Shown: in pieces, positions 13,106 through 27,340 of the stretch
Position numbering within the stretch: the stretch's first letter is position 1
How the letters are laid out: every line of letters begins with the position of its first letter
Source: Eledone cirrhosa
Taxonomy: Eukaryota
Direction: 5' to 3'
DNA length: 64,000 bases
NCBI GenBank assembly: GCA_964016885.1
Contig: OZ024744.1
Span: 19,096,001 to 19,160,000, forward strand
The notes under the pieces: model-generated
The model's database searches: none
What the model was told of the DNA's origin: nothing
What the model saw: only the letters and a program-made list of their open reading frames with translations
Translations under genes and position numbers: made by a program

Positions 13106-16100
13106 GTGATTCTGTATGTCTGAGGCACTGTGTATGTCACAGTGTGTTTCTGTATGTCTGTGTCACTGTGTATGTCACTGTATGTCTCTGTATGTCTGTG
13201 TCACTGTCTATGTCACTGTATCGTTGTGTATGTCTGTGTCACTGTGTATGTCACTGTGTGTTTCTCAATGTATGTGTCACTGTGTATGTCACTGTGTGTT
13301 TCTGTATGTCTGTGTCTATGTGTATGTCACTGTATCTTTGTGTATGTCTGTGTCACTGTGTATGTCACGGTGTGTTTCTGTATGTCTGTGTCACTGTGTA
13401 TGTCACTGTGTGTTTCTGTATATCTGTGTCTCTGTGTATGTCACTGTATCTGTGTGTATGTCTGTGCCTCTGTGTATGTCACTGTGTGTTTCTGTATGTA
13501 TGTGTCACTGTGTATGTCACTGTATGGTTGTGTATGTCTGTGTCACTGTGTATGTAACTGTATATTTGTGTATGTCTGTGTCACTGTATATGTCACTGTG
13601 TGTTTCTGTATGTCTGTGTCACTGTTTGTGTCACTGTGTGTTTATGTATTCCTGTGCCTCTGTGTATGTCAATGTATCTTTGTGTGTGTCTGTGTCACTG
13701 TGTATGTCACTGTATCTTTGTGTATGTCTGTGTCACTGTGTATGTCACTTTATCTTTGTGTGTATCTGTGTCACTGTGTATGTCACCCTATGTTTGTGTA
13801 TGTCTGTGTCACTGTGTATGTCACTGTATGTTTCTGTATGTCTGTGTCACTGTGTATGTCAATGTGTGTTTCTGTATCTCTGTGTCACGGTGTATGTCAC
13901 TGTATGTTTGTGTATGTCTGTGTCACTGTGTATGGCACTGTATGTCTGTGTATATCTGTGTCACTGTCTATGTCACTGTGTGTTTCTGTATGCCTGTGTC
14001 TAGGTGTATGTCACTGTATGTTTGTGTATGTCTGTGTCACTGTGTATGTCACTGTGTGTTTCTGTATGTCTGTGTCTCTGTGTATGTCACTGTATCTTTG
14101 TGTATATCTGTGTCACTGTGTATGACACTGTGTGTTTCTGTATGTCTGTGTCACTGTGTATGTCAACGTATGTTTCTGTATGTCTGTTTCTCTCTGTATT
14201 TCACTGTTTCTGTGTGTATGTCTGTGTCACTGTGTATGTCACTGTATATGTGTGTATGTCTGTGTCACTGTGTGTTTCTGTATGTCTGTATCACTGTGTA
14301 TGTCACTGTATCTTTGTGTATGTATGTGTCACTGTGTATGTCACCGTGTGTTTGTGTGTGTCTGTGTCACTGTGTATGTCACTATATGTTTCTGTATGTC
14401 TGTGTCAGTGTGTATGTCAACGTATGTTTCTGTATGTCTGTGTCACTGTGTATGTCACTGTATCTTTGTGTATGTCTGTACCACTGTGTATGTCAATGTG
14501 TGTTTGTGTGTGTCTGTGTCAATGTGTATGTCACTGTATATTTGTGTATGTCTGTGCCACTGTGTATGTCAATGTGTGTTTGTGTGTGTCTGTGTCACTG
14601 TGTATGTCACTGTATGTTTCTGTATGTCTGTGTCACTGTGTATGTCAGTGTATGTTTATGTATGTCTGTGCCACTGTGTATGTCACTGTATGTTTCTGTA
14701 TGTCTGTGTCACTGTGTACGTCACTGTGTGTTTGCATGTGTCTGTGTCACTGAGTATGTCGCTGTGTGTTTCTGTATGTCTGTGTCACTGTGTATGTTAC
14801 TGTATGTTTCTGTATGTCTGTGTCACTGTGTATGTCACTGTATCTTTGTGTTTGTCTCTGTCACTGTGTATGTCACTGTATGTTTCTGTATGTCTCTGTC
14901 ACTGTGTATGTCACTGGGTGTTTCTGTATGTCTGTGTCACTGTGTATGTCACTGTATCTTTGTGTATGTCTGTGTCACCGTGTATGTCACTGTATCTTTG
15001 TGTATGTCTGTGTCACTGTGTATGTCATTGTATCTTTGTGTATGTCTGTGTCACTGTGTATGTCACTGTATCTTTGTGTATGTCTGTGTCACTGTGTATG
15101 TCACTGTATTTTTGTGTATGTCTGTGTCACCGTGTATGTCACTGTATATTTGTGTATGTCTGTGTCACTCTGTATGTCACTGTCTCTTTGTGTATGTCTG
15201 TGTCACCGTGTATGTCACTGTATATTTGTGTATGTCTGTGGCACTATGTATGTCATTGTGTGTTTCTGTATGTCTGTGTCACTGTCTATGTCACTGTATC
15301 CTTGTGTATGTATGTGTCACTGCGTATGTCACTGGGTGTTTCTGTATGTCTGTGTCACTCTGTATATCACTGTATCTTTGTGTATGTATGTGTCACCGTG
15401 TATGCCATTGTATCTTTGTGTATGTCTATGTCACTGTATATGTCACTGTATTTTTGTGTATGTCTGTGTCACTGTGTATGTCACTGTGTGTTTCTGTATG
15501 TCTGTGTCAAGGTGTATGTCACTGTATGTTTGTGTATGTCTGTGTCAATGTGTATGTCACTGTGAGATTTTGTATGTGTGAGGCACTGTGTATGTCACAG
15601 TGTGTTTCTGTATGTCTGTGTCACAGTGTATGTCACTGTATTTTTCTGTATGTCTGTGTCACTGTGTATATCACTGTATCCTTGTGTATGTCTGTGTTAC
15701 TGTGTATGTCACTGTGTGTTTGTGTATGTATGTGTCAATGTGTATGTCACTGTATGTTTGTGTATGTCTGTGTCACTGTGTATGTCACTGTATGTTTCTG
15801 TATGTCTGTGTCACTGGGTATGTCACTGTATGTTTCTGTTGTCCGTGTCACTGTGTATGTCACTGGGTGTTTCTATATGTTTGTGTCACTGTGTATGTCA
15901 CTGTGTATTTCTGTATGTCTGTATCACTTTGTATGTCACTGTGTGTTTCTGTATGTCTGTGTCACTGTGTAAGTCATTTTATCTTTGTGTATGTCTGTGG
16001 CACTCTGTATGTCACTGTGTGTTTGTGTATGCCTGTGTCACTGTGTATGACACTGTGTGTTTCTCTATGTCTGTGTCACTTTGTATGTCACTGTATCTTT

Positions 16101-16510
16101 GTGTATGTATGTGTCACCGTGTATGGCACTGTATCTTTGTGTATGTCTGTGTCACCGTGTATGCCACTGTATCTTTGTGTATGTATGTGTCACTGTGTAA
16201 GTCATTGTATCTTTGTGTATGTATGTGGCACTCTGTATGTCATTGTGTGTTTTTATATGTCTGTGTCACTGTCTATGTCACTGTATCTTTGTGTATGTAT
16301 GTGTCACTGTGTATGTCACTGTATCTCTGTGTATGTCTGTGTCACTGTGTATGTCACTGTGTGTTTGTGTATGCCTGTGTCACTGTGTATGTCACTGTAT
16401 GTCTCTGTATGTCTGTGTCAGTGTGTATGTCACTTGGTGTTTATGTATGTCTGTGTCACTCTGTATGTCACTGTATCTTTGAGTATGTCTATGTCACCGT
16501 GTATGTCACT

Positions 16511-19500
16511 GTATATTTGTGTATGTGTGTGTCACCATGTATGTAACTGTATCGTTGTGTATGTCTGTGTCACTGTGTATGTCATTGTGTGTTTCTGTAT
16601 GTCTGTGTCTCTGTGTAGGTCACTGTATCTTTGTGTATATCTGTGTCACTGTGTATGACACTGTGTGTTTCTGTATGTCTGTGTGACTGTTTATGTCACT
16701 GTGTGTTTCTGTATATCTGTGTCTCTCTGTATGTCACTGTATCTGTGTGTATGTCTGTGTCACTGTGTCTGTCACTGTATATGTGTGTATGTCTGTGTCA
16801 CTGTGTGTTTCTGTATGTCTGTTACACTGTGTATGTCACTGTATGTTTGTGCATGTCTGTGTCACTGCGTATGTCACTGTATGTTTCTGTATGTCTGTGT
16901 TACTGTGTATGTCACTGTGTGTTTCTGTATGTCTGTGTTACTGTGTATGTCAATGTGTGTTTCTGTATGTCTATGTCACGGTGTATCTGACTGTATGTTT
17001 GTGTATGTCTGTGTCACTGTGTATGTCACTGTATGTTTATGTTTGTCTGTGTCACTGTGTATGTAACTGTATCTTTGTGTGTGTCTGTGTCACTGTGTAT
17101 GTCACTGTATCTTTGTCTATGCCTGTGTCACTGTGTATGTCACTGTGGGTTTGCGTGTGTCTGTGACACTGTGTATGTCACTGTGTGTTTCTGTATGCCT
17201 CGGTCACTGTGTATGTCACTGTATGTTTCTGTATGTCTGTGTCACTGTGTATGTCACTGTATCTTTGTGTTTGTCTCTGTCACTGTGTATGTCACTGTAT
17301 GTTTCTGTATGTCTCTGTCACTGTGTATGTCACTGGGTGTTTCTGTATGTCTGTGTCACTGTGTATGTCACTGTATCTTTGTGTATGTCTGTGTCACCGT
17401 GTATGTCACTGTATCTTTGTGTATGTCTGTGTCACTGTGTATGTCATTGTATCTTTGTGTATATCTGTGTCACTGTGTATGTCACTGTATCTTTGTGTAT
17501 GTCTGTCTCACTGTGTATGTCACTGTGTGTTTCTGTATGTCTGTGTCACGGTGTATGTCACTGTATCTTTGTGTATGTCTGTGTCACTGTATATGTCGAT
17601 GTGTGTTTCTGTATGTCGTTGTATCTGTGTATGTCACTGTATCTTTGAGTATGTATGTGTTACTATGTATGTCACTGTGTGTTTCTGTATGTCTGTGTCA
17701 CTGTGTATGTCACTGTGTGTTTCTGTATGTCTGTGTCTCTGTGTATGTCACTGTATCTTTGTGTATGTCTGTGTCACTGTGTATGTCACTGTATCATTGT
17801 GTATGTCTGTGTCACTGTGTATTTCACTGTGTGTTTCTGTATGTATGTGTCACTGTGCATGTCACTGTATCTTTGTGTATGTATGTGTCACCGTGTATGT
17901 CACTGTATCTTTGTGTATGTCTGTGTCACTGTGTATGTCACTGTGTGTTTCTGTATGTCTGTGTCACTCTGTATATCACTGTATCTTTGTGTATGTATGT
18001 GTCCCGTGTATGTCATTGTATCTTTGTGTATGTCTATGTCACTGTGTATGTCACTGTATCTTTGTGTATGTCTGTGTCACTGTGTACGTCACTGTGTGTT
18101 TCTGTATGTCTGTGTCAAGGTGTATGTCACTGTATGTTTGTGTATGTCTGTGTCACTGTGTATGTCACTGTGAGATTTTGTATGTCTGAGGCACTGTGTA
18201 TGTCACAGTGTGTTTCTGTATGTCTGTGTCACAGTGTATGTCACTGTATTTTTCTGTATGTCTGTGTCACTGTGTATATCACTGTATCCTTATGTATGTC
18301 TGTGTTACTGTGTATGTCACTGTGTGTTTGTGTATGTATGTGTCAATGTGTATGTCACTGTATGTTTGTGTATGTCTGTGTCACTGTGTATGTCACTGTA
18401 TGTTTCTGTATGTCTGTGTCACTGGGTATGTCACTGTATGTTTGTGTTGTCCGTGTCACTGTGTATGTCACTGGGTGTTTCTATATGTTTGTGTCACTGT
18501 GTATGTCACTGTGTATTTCTGTATGTCTGTATCACTTTGTATGTCACTGTGTGTTTCTGTATGTCTGTCACTGTGTAAGTCATTTTATCTTTGTGTATGT
18601 CTGTGGCACTCTGTATGTCTCTGTATGTCTGTGTCAGTGTGTATGTCACCGGGTGTTTCTGTATGTCTGTGTCACTGTGTATGTCACTGTATCTTTGTGT
18701 ATGTCTGTGTCACCGTGTATGTCACTGTATCTTTGTGTATGTCTGTGTCACTGTGTATGTCATTGTATATTTGTGTATGTGTGTGTCACCATGTATGTAA
18801 CTGTATCGTTGTGTATGTCTGTGTCACTGTGTATGTCATTGTGTGTTTCTGTATGTCTGTGTCTCTGTGTAGGTCACTGTATCTTTGTGTATATCTGTGT
18901 CACTGTGTATGACACTGTGTGTTTCTGTATGTCTGTGTGACTGTTTATGTCACTGTGTGTTTCTGTATATCTGTGTCTCTCTGTATGTCACTGTATCTGT
19001 GTGTATGTCTGTGTCACTGTGTCTGTCACTGTATATGTGTGTATGTCTGTGTCACTGTGTGTTTCTGTATGTCTGTTACACTGTGTATGTCACTGTATGT
19101 TTGTGCATGTCTGTGTCACTGCGTATGTCACTGTATGTTTCTGTATGTCTGTGTTACTGTGTATGTCACTGTGTGTTTCTGTATGTCTGTGTTACTGTGT
19201 ATGTCAATGTGTGTTTCTGTATGTCTATGTCACGGTGTATCTGACTGTATGTTTGTGTATGTCTGTGTCACTGTGTATGTCACTGTATGTTTATGTTTGT
19301 CTGTGTCACTGTGTATGTCACTGTATCTTTGTGTGTGTCTGTGTCACTGTGTATGTCACTGTATCTTTGTCTATGCCTGTGTCACTGTGTATGTCACTGT
19401 GGGTTTGCGTGTGTCTGTGACACTGTGTATGTCACTGTGTGTTTCTGTATGCCTCGGTCACTGTGTATGTCACTGTATGTTTCTGTATGTCTGTGTCACT

Positions 19501-21018
19501 GTGTATGTCACTGTATCTTTGTGTTTGTCTCTGTCACTGTGTATGTCACTGTATGTTTCTGTATGTCTCTGTCACTGTGTATGTCACTGGGTGTTTCTGT
19601 ATGTCTGTGTCACTGTGTATGTCACTGTATCTTTGTGTATGTCTGTGTCACCGTGTATGTCACTGTATCTTTGTGTATGTCTGTGTCACTGTGTATGTCA
19701 TTGTATCTTTGTGTATATCTGTGTCACTGTGTATGTCACTGTATCTTTGTGTATGTCTGTCTCACTGTGTATGTCACTGTGTGTTTCTGTATGTCTGTGT
19801 CACGGTGTATGTCACTGTATCATTGTGTATGTCTGTGTCACTGTATATGTCGATGTGTGTTTCTGTATGTCGTTGTATCTGTGTATGTCACTGTATCTTT
19901 GAGTATGTATGTGTTACTATGTATGTCACTGTGTGTTTCTGTATGTCTGTGTCACTGTGTATGTCACTGTGTGTTTCTGTATGTCTGTGTCTCTGTGTAT
20001 GTCACTGTATCTTTGTGTATGTCTGTGTCACTGTGTATGTCACTGTATCATTGTGTATGTCGGTGTCACTGTGTATGTCACTGTGTGTTTCTGTATGTAT
20101 GTGTCACTGTGCATGTCACTGTATCTTTGTGTATGTATGTGTCACCGTGTATGTCACTGTATCTTTGTGTATGTCTGTGTCACTGTGTATGTCACTGTGT
20201 GTTTCTGTATGTCTGTGTCACTCTGTATATCACTGTATCTTTGTGTATGTATGTGTCCCGTGTATGTCATTGTATCTTTGTGTATGTCTATGTCACTGTG
20301 TATGTCACTGTATCTTTGTGTATGTCTGTGTCACTGTGTACGTCACTGTGTGTTTCTGTATGTCTGTGTCAAGGTGTATGTCACTGTATGTTTGTGTATG
20401 TCTGTGTCACTGTGTATGTCACTGTGAGATTTTGTATGTCTGAGGCACTGTGTATGTCACAGTGTGTTTCTGTATGTCTGTGTCACAGTGTATGTCACTG
20501 TATTTTTCTGTATGTCTGTGTCACTGTGTATATCACTGTATCCTTATGTATGTCTGTGTTACTGTGTATGTCACTGTGTGTTTGTGTATGTATGTGTCAA
20601 TGTGTATGTCACTGTATGTTTGTGTATGTCTGTGTCACTGTGTATGTCACTGTATGTTTCTGTATGTCTGTGTCACTGGGTATGTCACTGTATGTTTGTG
20701 TTGTCCGTGTCACTGTGTATGTCACTGGGTGTTTCTATATGTTTGTGTCACTGTGTATGTCACTGTGTATTTCTGTATGTCTGTATCACTTTGTATGTCA
20801 CTGTGTGTTTCTGTATGTCTGTCACTGTGTAAGTCATTTTATCTTTGTGTATGTCTGTGGCACTCTGTATGTCTCTGTATGTCTGTGTCAGTGTGTATGT
20901 CACCGGGTGTTTCTGTATGTCTGTGTCACTGTGTATGTCACTGTATCTTTGTGTATGTCTGTGTCACCGTGTATGTCACTGTATCTTTGTGTATGTCTGT
21001 GTCACTGTGTATGTCATT
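16511..21018. repeat. Tandem higher-order duplication, 2 x 2254 bp
   Basis: ORF starts 16631/18885, 16693/18947, 17033/19287, 17185/19439, 17655/19909, 18196/20450, 18210/20464 and 18591/20845 are all offset by exactly 2254. Only about four substitutions were noticed, e.g. atgtaact (about 17065) vs atgtcact, and atttcact (about 17823) vs atgtcact. Confidence 0.93.
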
Positions 21019-22613
21019 GTATCTTTGTGTATGTCTGTGTCACTGTGTATGTCACTGTATTTTTGTGTATGTCAGTCTCACTGTGTATGTCACTGTGTGT
21101 TTCTGTATGTCTGTGTCACGGTGCATGTCACTGTATGTTTGTGTCTGTGTGTGTCACCATGTATGTAACTGTATCTCTGTGTATGTCTGTGTCACTGTGT
21201 ATGTCGATGCGTGTTTCTGTATGTCGTTGTATCTGTGTATGTGACTGTATCTTTGAGTATGTATGTGTTACTATGTATGTCACTGTGTGTTTCTCTATGT
21301 CTGTGTCACTGTGTATGTCACTGTGTGTTTCTGTATGTCTGTGTCTCTGTGTATGTCACTGTATATTTGTGTATGTCTGTGTCACTGTGTAAGTCACTGT
21401 ATCATTGTGTATGTCTGTGTCACTGTGTATGTCACTGTGTGTTTCTGTATGTATGTGTCACTGTGTATGTCACTGTATCTTTGTGTATGTTTGTGTCACA
21501 ATGTATGTCACTGTATGTTTCTGTATGTCTGTGTCACTGTGTATGTCACTGTATTTTTGTGTATGTCTGTATCACTGTGTATGTCACTGTATCTTTGTGT
21601 ATGTATGTGTCACTGTGTATGTCACCGTGTGTTTCTGTGTGTCTGTGTCACTGTGTATGTCACTATATGTTTCTGTATGTCTGTGTCAGTGTGTATGTCA
21701 ACGTATGTTTCTGTATGTCTGTGTCACTGTGTATGTCACTGTATCTTTGTGTATGTCTGTGCCACTGTGTATGTCAATGTGTGTTTGTGTGTGTCTGTGT
21801 CAATGTGTATGTCACTGTATATTTGTGTATGTCTGTGCCACTGTGTATGTCAATGTGTGTTTGTGTGTGTCTGTGTCACTGTGAATCTCACTGTATGTTT
21901 CTGTATGTCTGTGTCACTGTGTATGTCACTGTATGTTTATGTATGTCCGTGCCACTGTGTATGTCACTGTATGTTTCTGTATGTCTGTGTCACTGTGTAT
22001 GTCACTGTGTGTTTCTGTATGTCTGTGTCACTGTGTATGTCACTGTATGTTTCTGTATCTCTGTGTCACCGTGTATGTCACTGTATCTTTGTGTATGTCT
22101 GTGTCATTGTGTATGTCACTGTATTTTGTGTATGTCTGTGTCACCGTGTATGTCACTGTATATTTCTGTATGTCTGTGTCACTGTGTATGTCACTGTTTC
22201 TTTGTGTATGTCTGTGTCACCGTGTATGTCACTGTATATTTGTGTATGTCTGTGGCACTATGTATGTCATTGTGTGTTTCTGTATGTCTGTGTCACTGTC
22301 TATGTCACTGTATCTTTGTGTATGTATGTGTCACTGCGTATGTCACTGGGTGTTTCTGTATGTCTGTGTCACTCTGTATATCACTGTATCTTTGTGTATG
22401 TATGTGTCACCGTGTATGCCATTGTATCTTTGTGTATGTCTATGTCACTGTGTATGTCACTGTATCTTTGTGTATGTCTGTGTCACTGTGTATGTCACTG
22501 TGAGTTTCTGTATGTCTGTGTCAAGGTGTATGTCACTGTATGTTTGTGTATGTCTGTGTCACTGTGTATGTCACTGTGAGATTTTGTATGTCTGAGGCAC
22601 TGTGTATGTCACA

Positions 22614-25600
22614 GTGTGTTTCTGTATGTCTGTGTCACAGTGTATGTCACTGTATTTTTCTGTATGTCTGTGTCACTGTGTATATCACTGTATCCTTGTG
22701 TATGTCTGTGTTACTGTGTATGTCACTGTGTGTTTCTGTTTGTCTGTGTCACTGTGTATGTCACTGTGTGTTTCTGTATATCTGTGTCTCTGTGTATGTC
22801 ACTGTATCTGTGTGTATGTCTGTGTCTCTGTGTATGTCACTGTGTGTTTCTGTATGTATGTGTCACTGTGTATGTCACTGTATGGTTGTGTATGTCTGTG
22901 TCACTGTGTATGTAACTGTATATTTGTGTATGTCTGTGTCACTGTATATGTCACTGTGTGTTTCTGTATGTCTGTGTCACTGTTTGTGTCACTGTGTGTT
23001 TATGTATTCCTGTGTCTCTGTGTATGTCAATGTATCTTTGTGTGTGTCTGTGTCACTGTGAATGTCACTGTATGTTTCTGTATGTCTGTGTCACTGTGTA
23101 TGTCACTGTATGTTTATGTATGTCCGTGCCACTGTGTATGTCACTGTATGTTTCTGTATGTCTGTGTCACTGTGTACGTCACTGTGTGTTTGCGTGTGTC
23201 TGTGTCACTGTGTATGTCACTGTGTGTTTCTGTATGTCTGTGTCACTGTGTATGTCACTGTATGTTTCTGTATCTCTGTGTCACTGTGTATGTCACTGTA
23301 TCTTTGTGTTTGTTTCTGTCACTGTGTATGTCACTGTATGTTTCTGTATGTCTCTGTCACTGTGGATGTCACTGGGTGTTTCTGTATGTCTGTGTCACTG
23401 TGTATGTCACTGTATCTTTGTGTATGTCTGTGTCACCGTGTATGTCACTGTATCTTTGTGTATGTCTGTGTCACTGTATATGTCATTGTATCTTTGTGTA
23501 TGTCTGTGGCACTGTGTATGTCACTGTATCTTTGTGTATGTCTGTGTCACTGTGTATGTCACTGTATTTTGTGTATGTCTGTGTCACCGTGTATGTCACT
23601 GTATATTTGTGTATGTCTGTGTCACTGTGTATGTCACTGTTTCTTTGTATATGTCTGTGTCACCGTGTATGTCACTGTATATTTGTGTATGTCTGTGGCA
23701 CTATGTATGTCATTGTGTGTTTCTGTATGTCTGTGTCACTGTCTATGTCACTGTATCTTTGTGTATGTATGTGTCACTGCGTATGTCACTGGGTGTTTCT
23801 GTATGTCTGTGTCACTCTGTATATCACTGTATCTTAGTGTGTGTCTGTGTCATTGTGTATGTCACTTTATCTTTGTGTGTATCTGTGTCACTGTGTATGT
23901 CACCCTATGTTTGTGTATGTCTGTGTCACTGTGTATATCACTGTATGTTTCTGTATGTCTGTGTCACTGTGTATGTCAATGTGTGTTTCTGTATCTCTGT
24001 CACGGTGTATGTCACTGTATGTTAGTGTATGTCTGTGTCACTGTGTATGGCACTGTATGTCTGTGTATATCTGTGTCACTGTCTATGTCACAGTCTGTTT
24101 CTGTATGTCTGTGTCATTGTGTATGTCACTGTATGTTTCTGCATGTCTGTCTCACTGTGTATGTCACTGTATCTTTGTGTTTGTCTCTGTCACTGTGTAT
24201 GTCACTGTATGTTTATGTATGTCTCTGTCACTGTGTATGTCACTGGGTGTTTCTGTATGTCTGTGTCACTGTGTATGTCACTGTATCTTTGTGTATGTCT
24301 GTGTCACCGTGTATGTCACTGTATCTTTGTGTATGTCTGTGTCACTGTGTATGTCATTGTATCTTTGTGTATGTCTGTGTCACTGTGTATGTCACTGTAT
24401 CTTTGTGTATGTCTGGCTCACTGTGTATGCCACTGTGTGTTTCTGTATGTCTGTGTCAATGTGTATGTCACTGTATGGTTATGTATGTCTGTGCCACTGT
24501 GTATGTCACTGTATGTTTCTGTATGTCTGTGTCACTGTGTACGTCAATGTATGTTTCTGTATGTCTGTGACACTGTGTATGTCAATGTATGTTTCTGTAT
24601 GTCTGTGTCACTGTGTATGTCACTGTATCTTTGTGTTTGTCTCTGTCACTGTGTATGTAACTGTATATTTGTGTATGTCTGTGTCACTGTATATGTCACT
24701 GTGTGTTTCTGTATGTCTGTGTCACTGTTTGTGTCACTGTGTGTTTATGTATTCCTGTGTCTCTGTGTATGTCAATGTATCTTTATGTGTGTCTGTGTCA
24801 CTGTGTATGTCACTGTATCTTTGTGTGTGTCTGTGTCACTGTGTTTGTCACTTTATCTTTGTGTGTATCTGTGTCACTGTGTATGTCACTGTGTGTTTCT
24901 GTATGTCTGTGTCTCTGTGTATGTCACTGTATATTTGTGTATATCTGTGTCACTGTGTATGACACTGTGTGTTTCTGTATGTCTGTGTCACAGTGTATGT
25001 CACTGTATTTTTCTGTATGTCTGTGTCACTGTGTATATCACTGTATCCTTGTGTATGTCTGTGTTACTGTGTATGTCACTGTGTGTTTCTGTTTGTCTGT
25101 GTCACTGTGTATGTCACTGTGTGTTTCTGTATATCTGTGTCTCTGTGTATGTCACTGTATCTGTGTGTATGTCTGTGTCTCTGTGTATGTCACTGTGTGT
25201 TTCTGTATGTATGTGTCACTGTGTATGTCACTGTATGGTTGTGTATGTCTGTGTCACTGTGTATGTAACTGTATATTTGTGTATGTCTGTGTCACTGTAT
25301 ATGTCACTGTGTGTTTCTGTATGTCTGTGTCACTGTTTGTGTCACTGTGTGTTTATGTATTCCTGTGTCTCTGTGTATGTCAATGTATCTTTGTGTGTGT
25401 CTGTGTCACTGTGAATGTCACTGTATGTTTCTGTATGTCTGTGTCACTGTGTATGTCACTGTATGTTTATGTATGTCCGTGCCACTGTGTATGTCACTGT
25501 ATGTTTCTGTATGTCTGTGTCACTGTGTACGTCACTGTGTGTTTGCGTGTGTCTGTGTCACTGTGTATGTCACTGTGTGTTTCTGTATGTCTGTGTCACT

Positions 25601-27340
25601 GTGTATGTCACTGTATGTTTCTGTATCTCTGTGTCACTGTGTATGTCACTGTATCTTTGTGTTTGTTTCTGTCACTGTGTATGTCACTGTATGTTTCTGT
25701 ATGTCTCTGTCACTGTGGATGTCACTGGGTGTTTCTGTATGTCTGTGTCACTGTGTATGTCACTGTATCTTTGTGTATGTCTGTGTCACCGTGTATGTCA
25801 CTGTATCTTTGTGTATGTCTGTGTCACTGTATATGTCATTGTATCTTTGTGTATGTCTGTGGCACTGTGTATGTCACTGTATCTTTGTGTATGTCTGTGT
25901 CACTGTGTATGTCACTGTATTTTGTGTATGTCTGTGTCACCGTGTATGTCACTGTATATTTGTGTATGTCTGTGTCACTGTGTATGTCACTGTTTCTTTG
26001 TATATGTCTGTGTCACCGTGTATGTCACTGTATATTTGTGTATGTCTGTGGCACTATGTATGTCATTGTGTGTTTCTGTATGTCTGTGTCACTGTCTATG
26101 TCACTGTATCTTTGTGTATGTATGTGTCACTGCGTATGTCACTGGGTGTTTCTGTATGTCTGTGTCACTCTGTATATCACTGTATCTTAGTGTGTGTCTG
26201 TGTCATTGTGTATGTCACTTTATCTTTGTGTGTATCTGTGTCACTGTGTATGTCACCCTATGTTTGTGTATGTCTGTGTCACTGTGTATATCACTGTATG
26301 TTTCTGTATGTCTGTGTCACTGTGTATGTCAATGTGTGTTTCTGTATCTCTGTCACGGTGTATGTCACTGTATGTTAGTGTATGTCTGTGTCACTGTGTA
26401 TGGCACTGTATGTCTGTGTATATCTGTGTCACTGTCTATGTCACAGTCTGTTTCTGTATGTCTGTGTCATTGTGTATGTCACTGTATGTTTCTGCATGTC
26501 TGTCTCACTGTGTATGTCACTGTATCTTTGTGTTTGTCTCTGTCACTGTGTATGTCACTGTATGTTTATGTATGTCTCTGTCACTGTGTATGTCACTGGG
26601 TGTTTCTGTATGTCTGTGTCACTGTGTATGTCACTGTATCTTTGTGTATGTCTGTGTCACCGTGTATGTCACTGTATCTTTGTGTATGTCTGTGTCACTG
26701 TGTATGTCATTGTATCTTTGTGTATGTCTGTGTCACTGTGTATGTCACTGTATCTTTGTGTATGTCTGGCTCACTGTGTATGCCACTGTGTGTTTCTGTA
26801 TGTCTGTGTCAATGTGTATGTCACTGTATGGTTATGTATGTCTGTGCCACTGTGTATGTCACTGTATGTTTCTGTATGTCTGTGTCACTGTGTACGTCAA
26901 TGTATGTTTCTGTATGTCTGTGACACTGTGTATGTCAATGTATGTTTCTGTATGTCTGTGTCACTGTGTATGTCACTGTATCTTTGTGTTTGTCTCTGTC
27001 ACTGTGTATGTAACTGTATATTTGTGTATGTCTGTGTCACTGTATATGTCACTGTGTGTTTCTGTATGTCTGTGTCACTGTTTGTGTCACTGTGTGTTTA
27101 TGTATTCCTGTGTCTCTGTGTATGTCAATGTATCTTTATGTGTGTCTGTGTCACTGTGTATGTCACTGTATCTTTGTGTGTGTCTGTGTCACTGTGTATG
27201 TCACTTTATCTTTGTGTGTATCTGTGTCACTGTGTATGTCACTGTGTGTTTCTGTATGTCTGTGTCTCTGTGTATGTCACTGTATATTTGTGTATATCTG
27301 TGTCACTGTGTATGACACTGTGTGTTTCTGTATGTCTGTG
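22614..27340. repeat. Tandem higher-order duplication, 2 x 2353 bp, nearly identical
   Basis: ORF pairs 22616/24969, 22958/25311, 23062/25415, 23841/26194, 24029/26382 and 24703/27056 are offset by exactly 2353 with essentially identical translations. One difference was noticed: gtgtttgtca (about 24845) vs gtgtatgtca. Confidence 0.95.
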
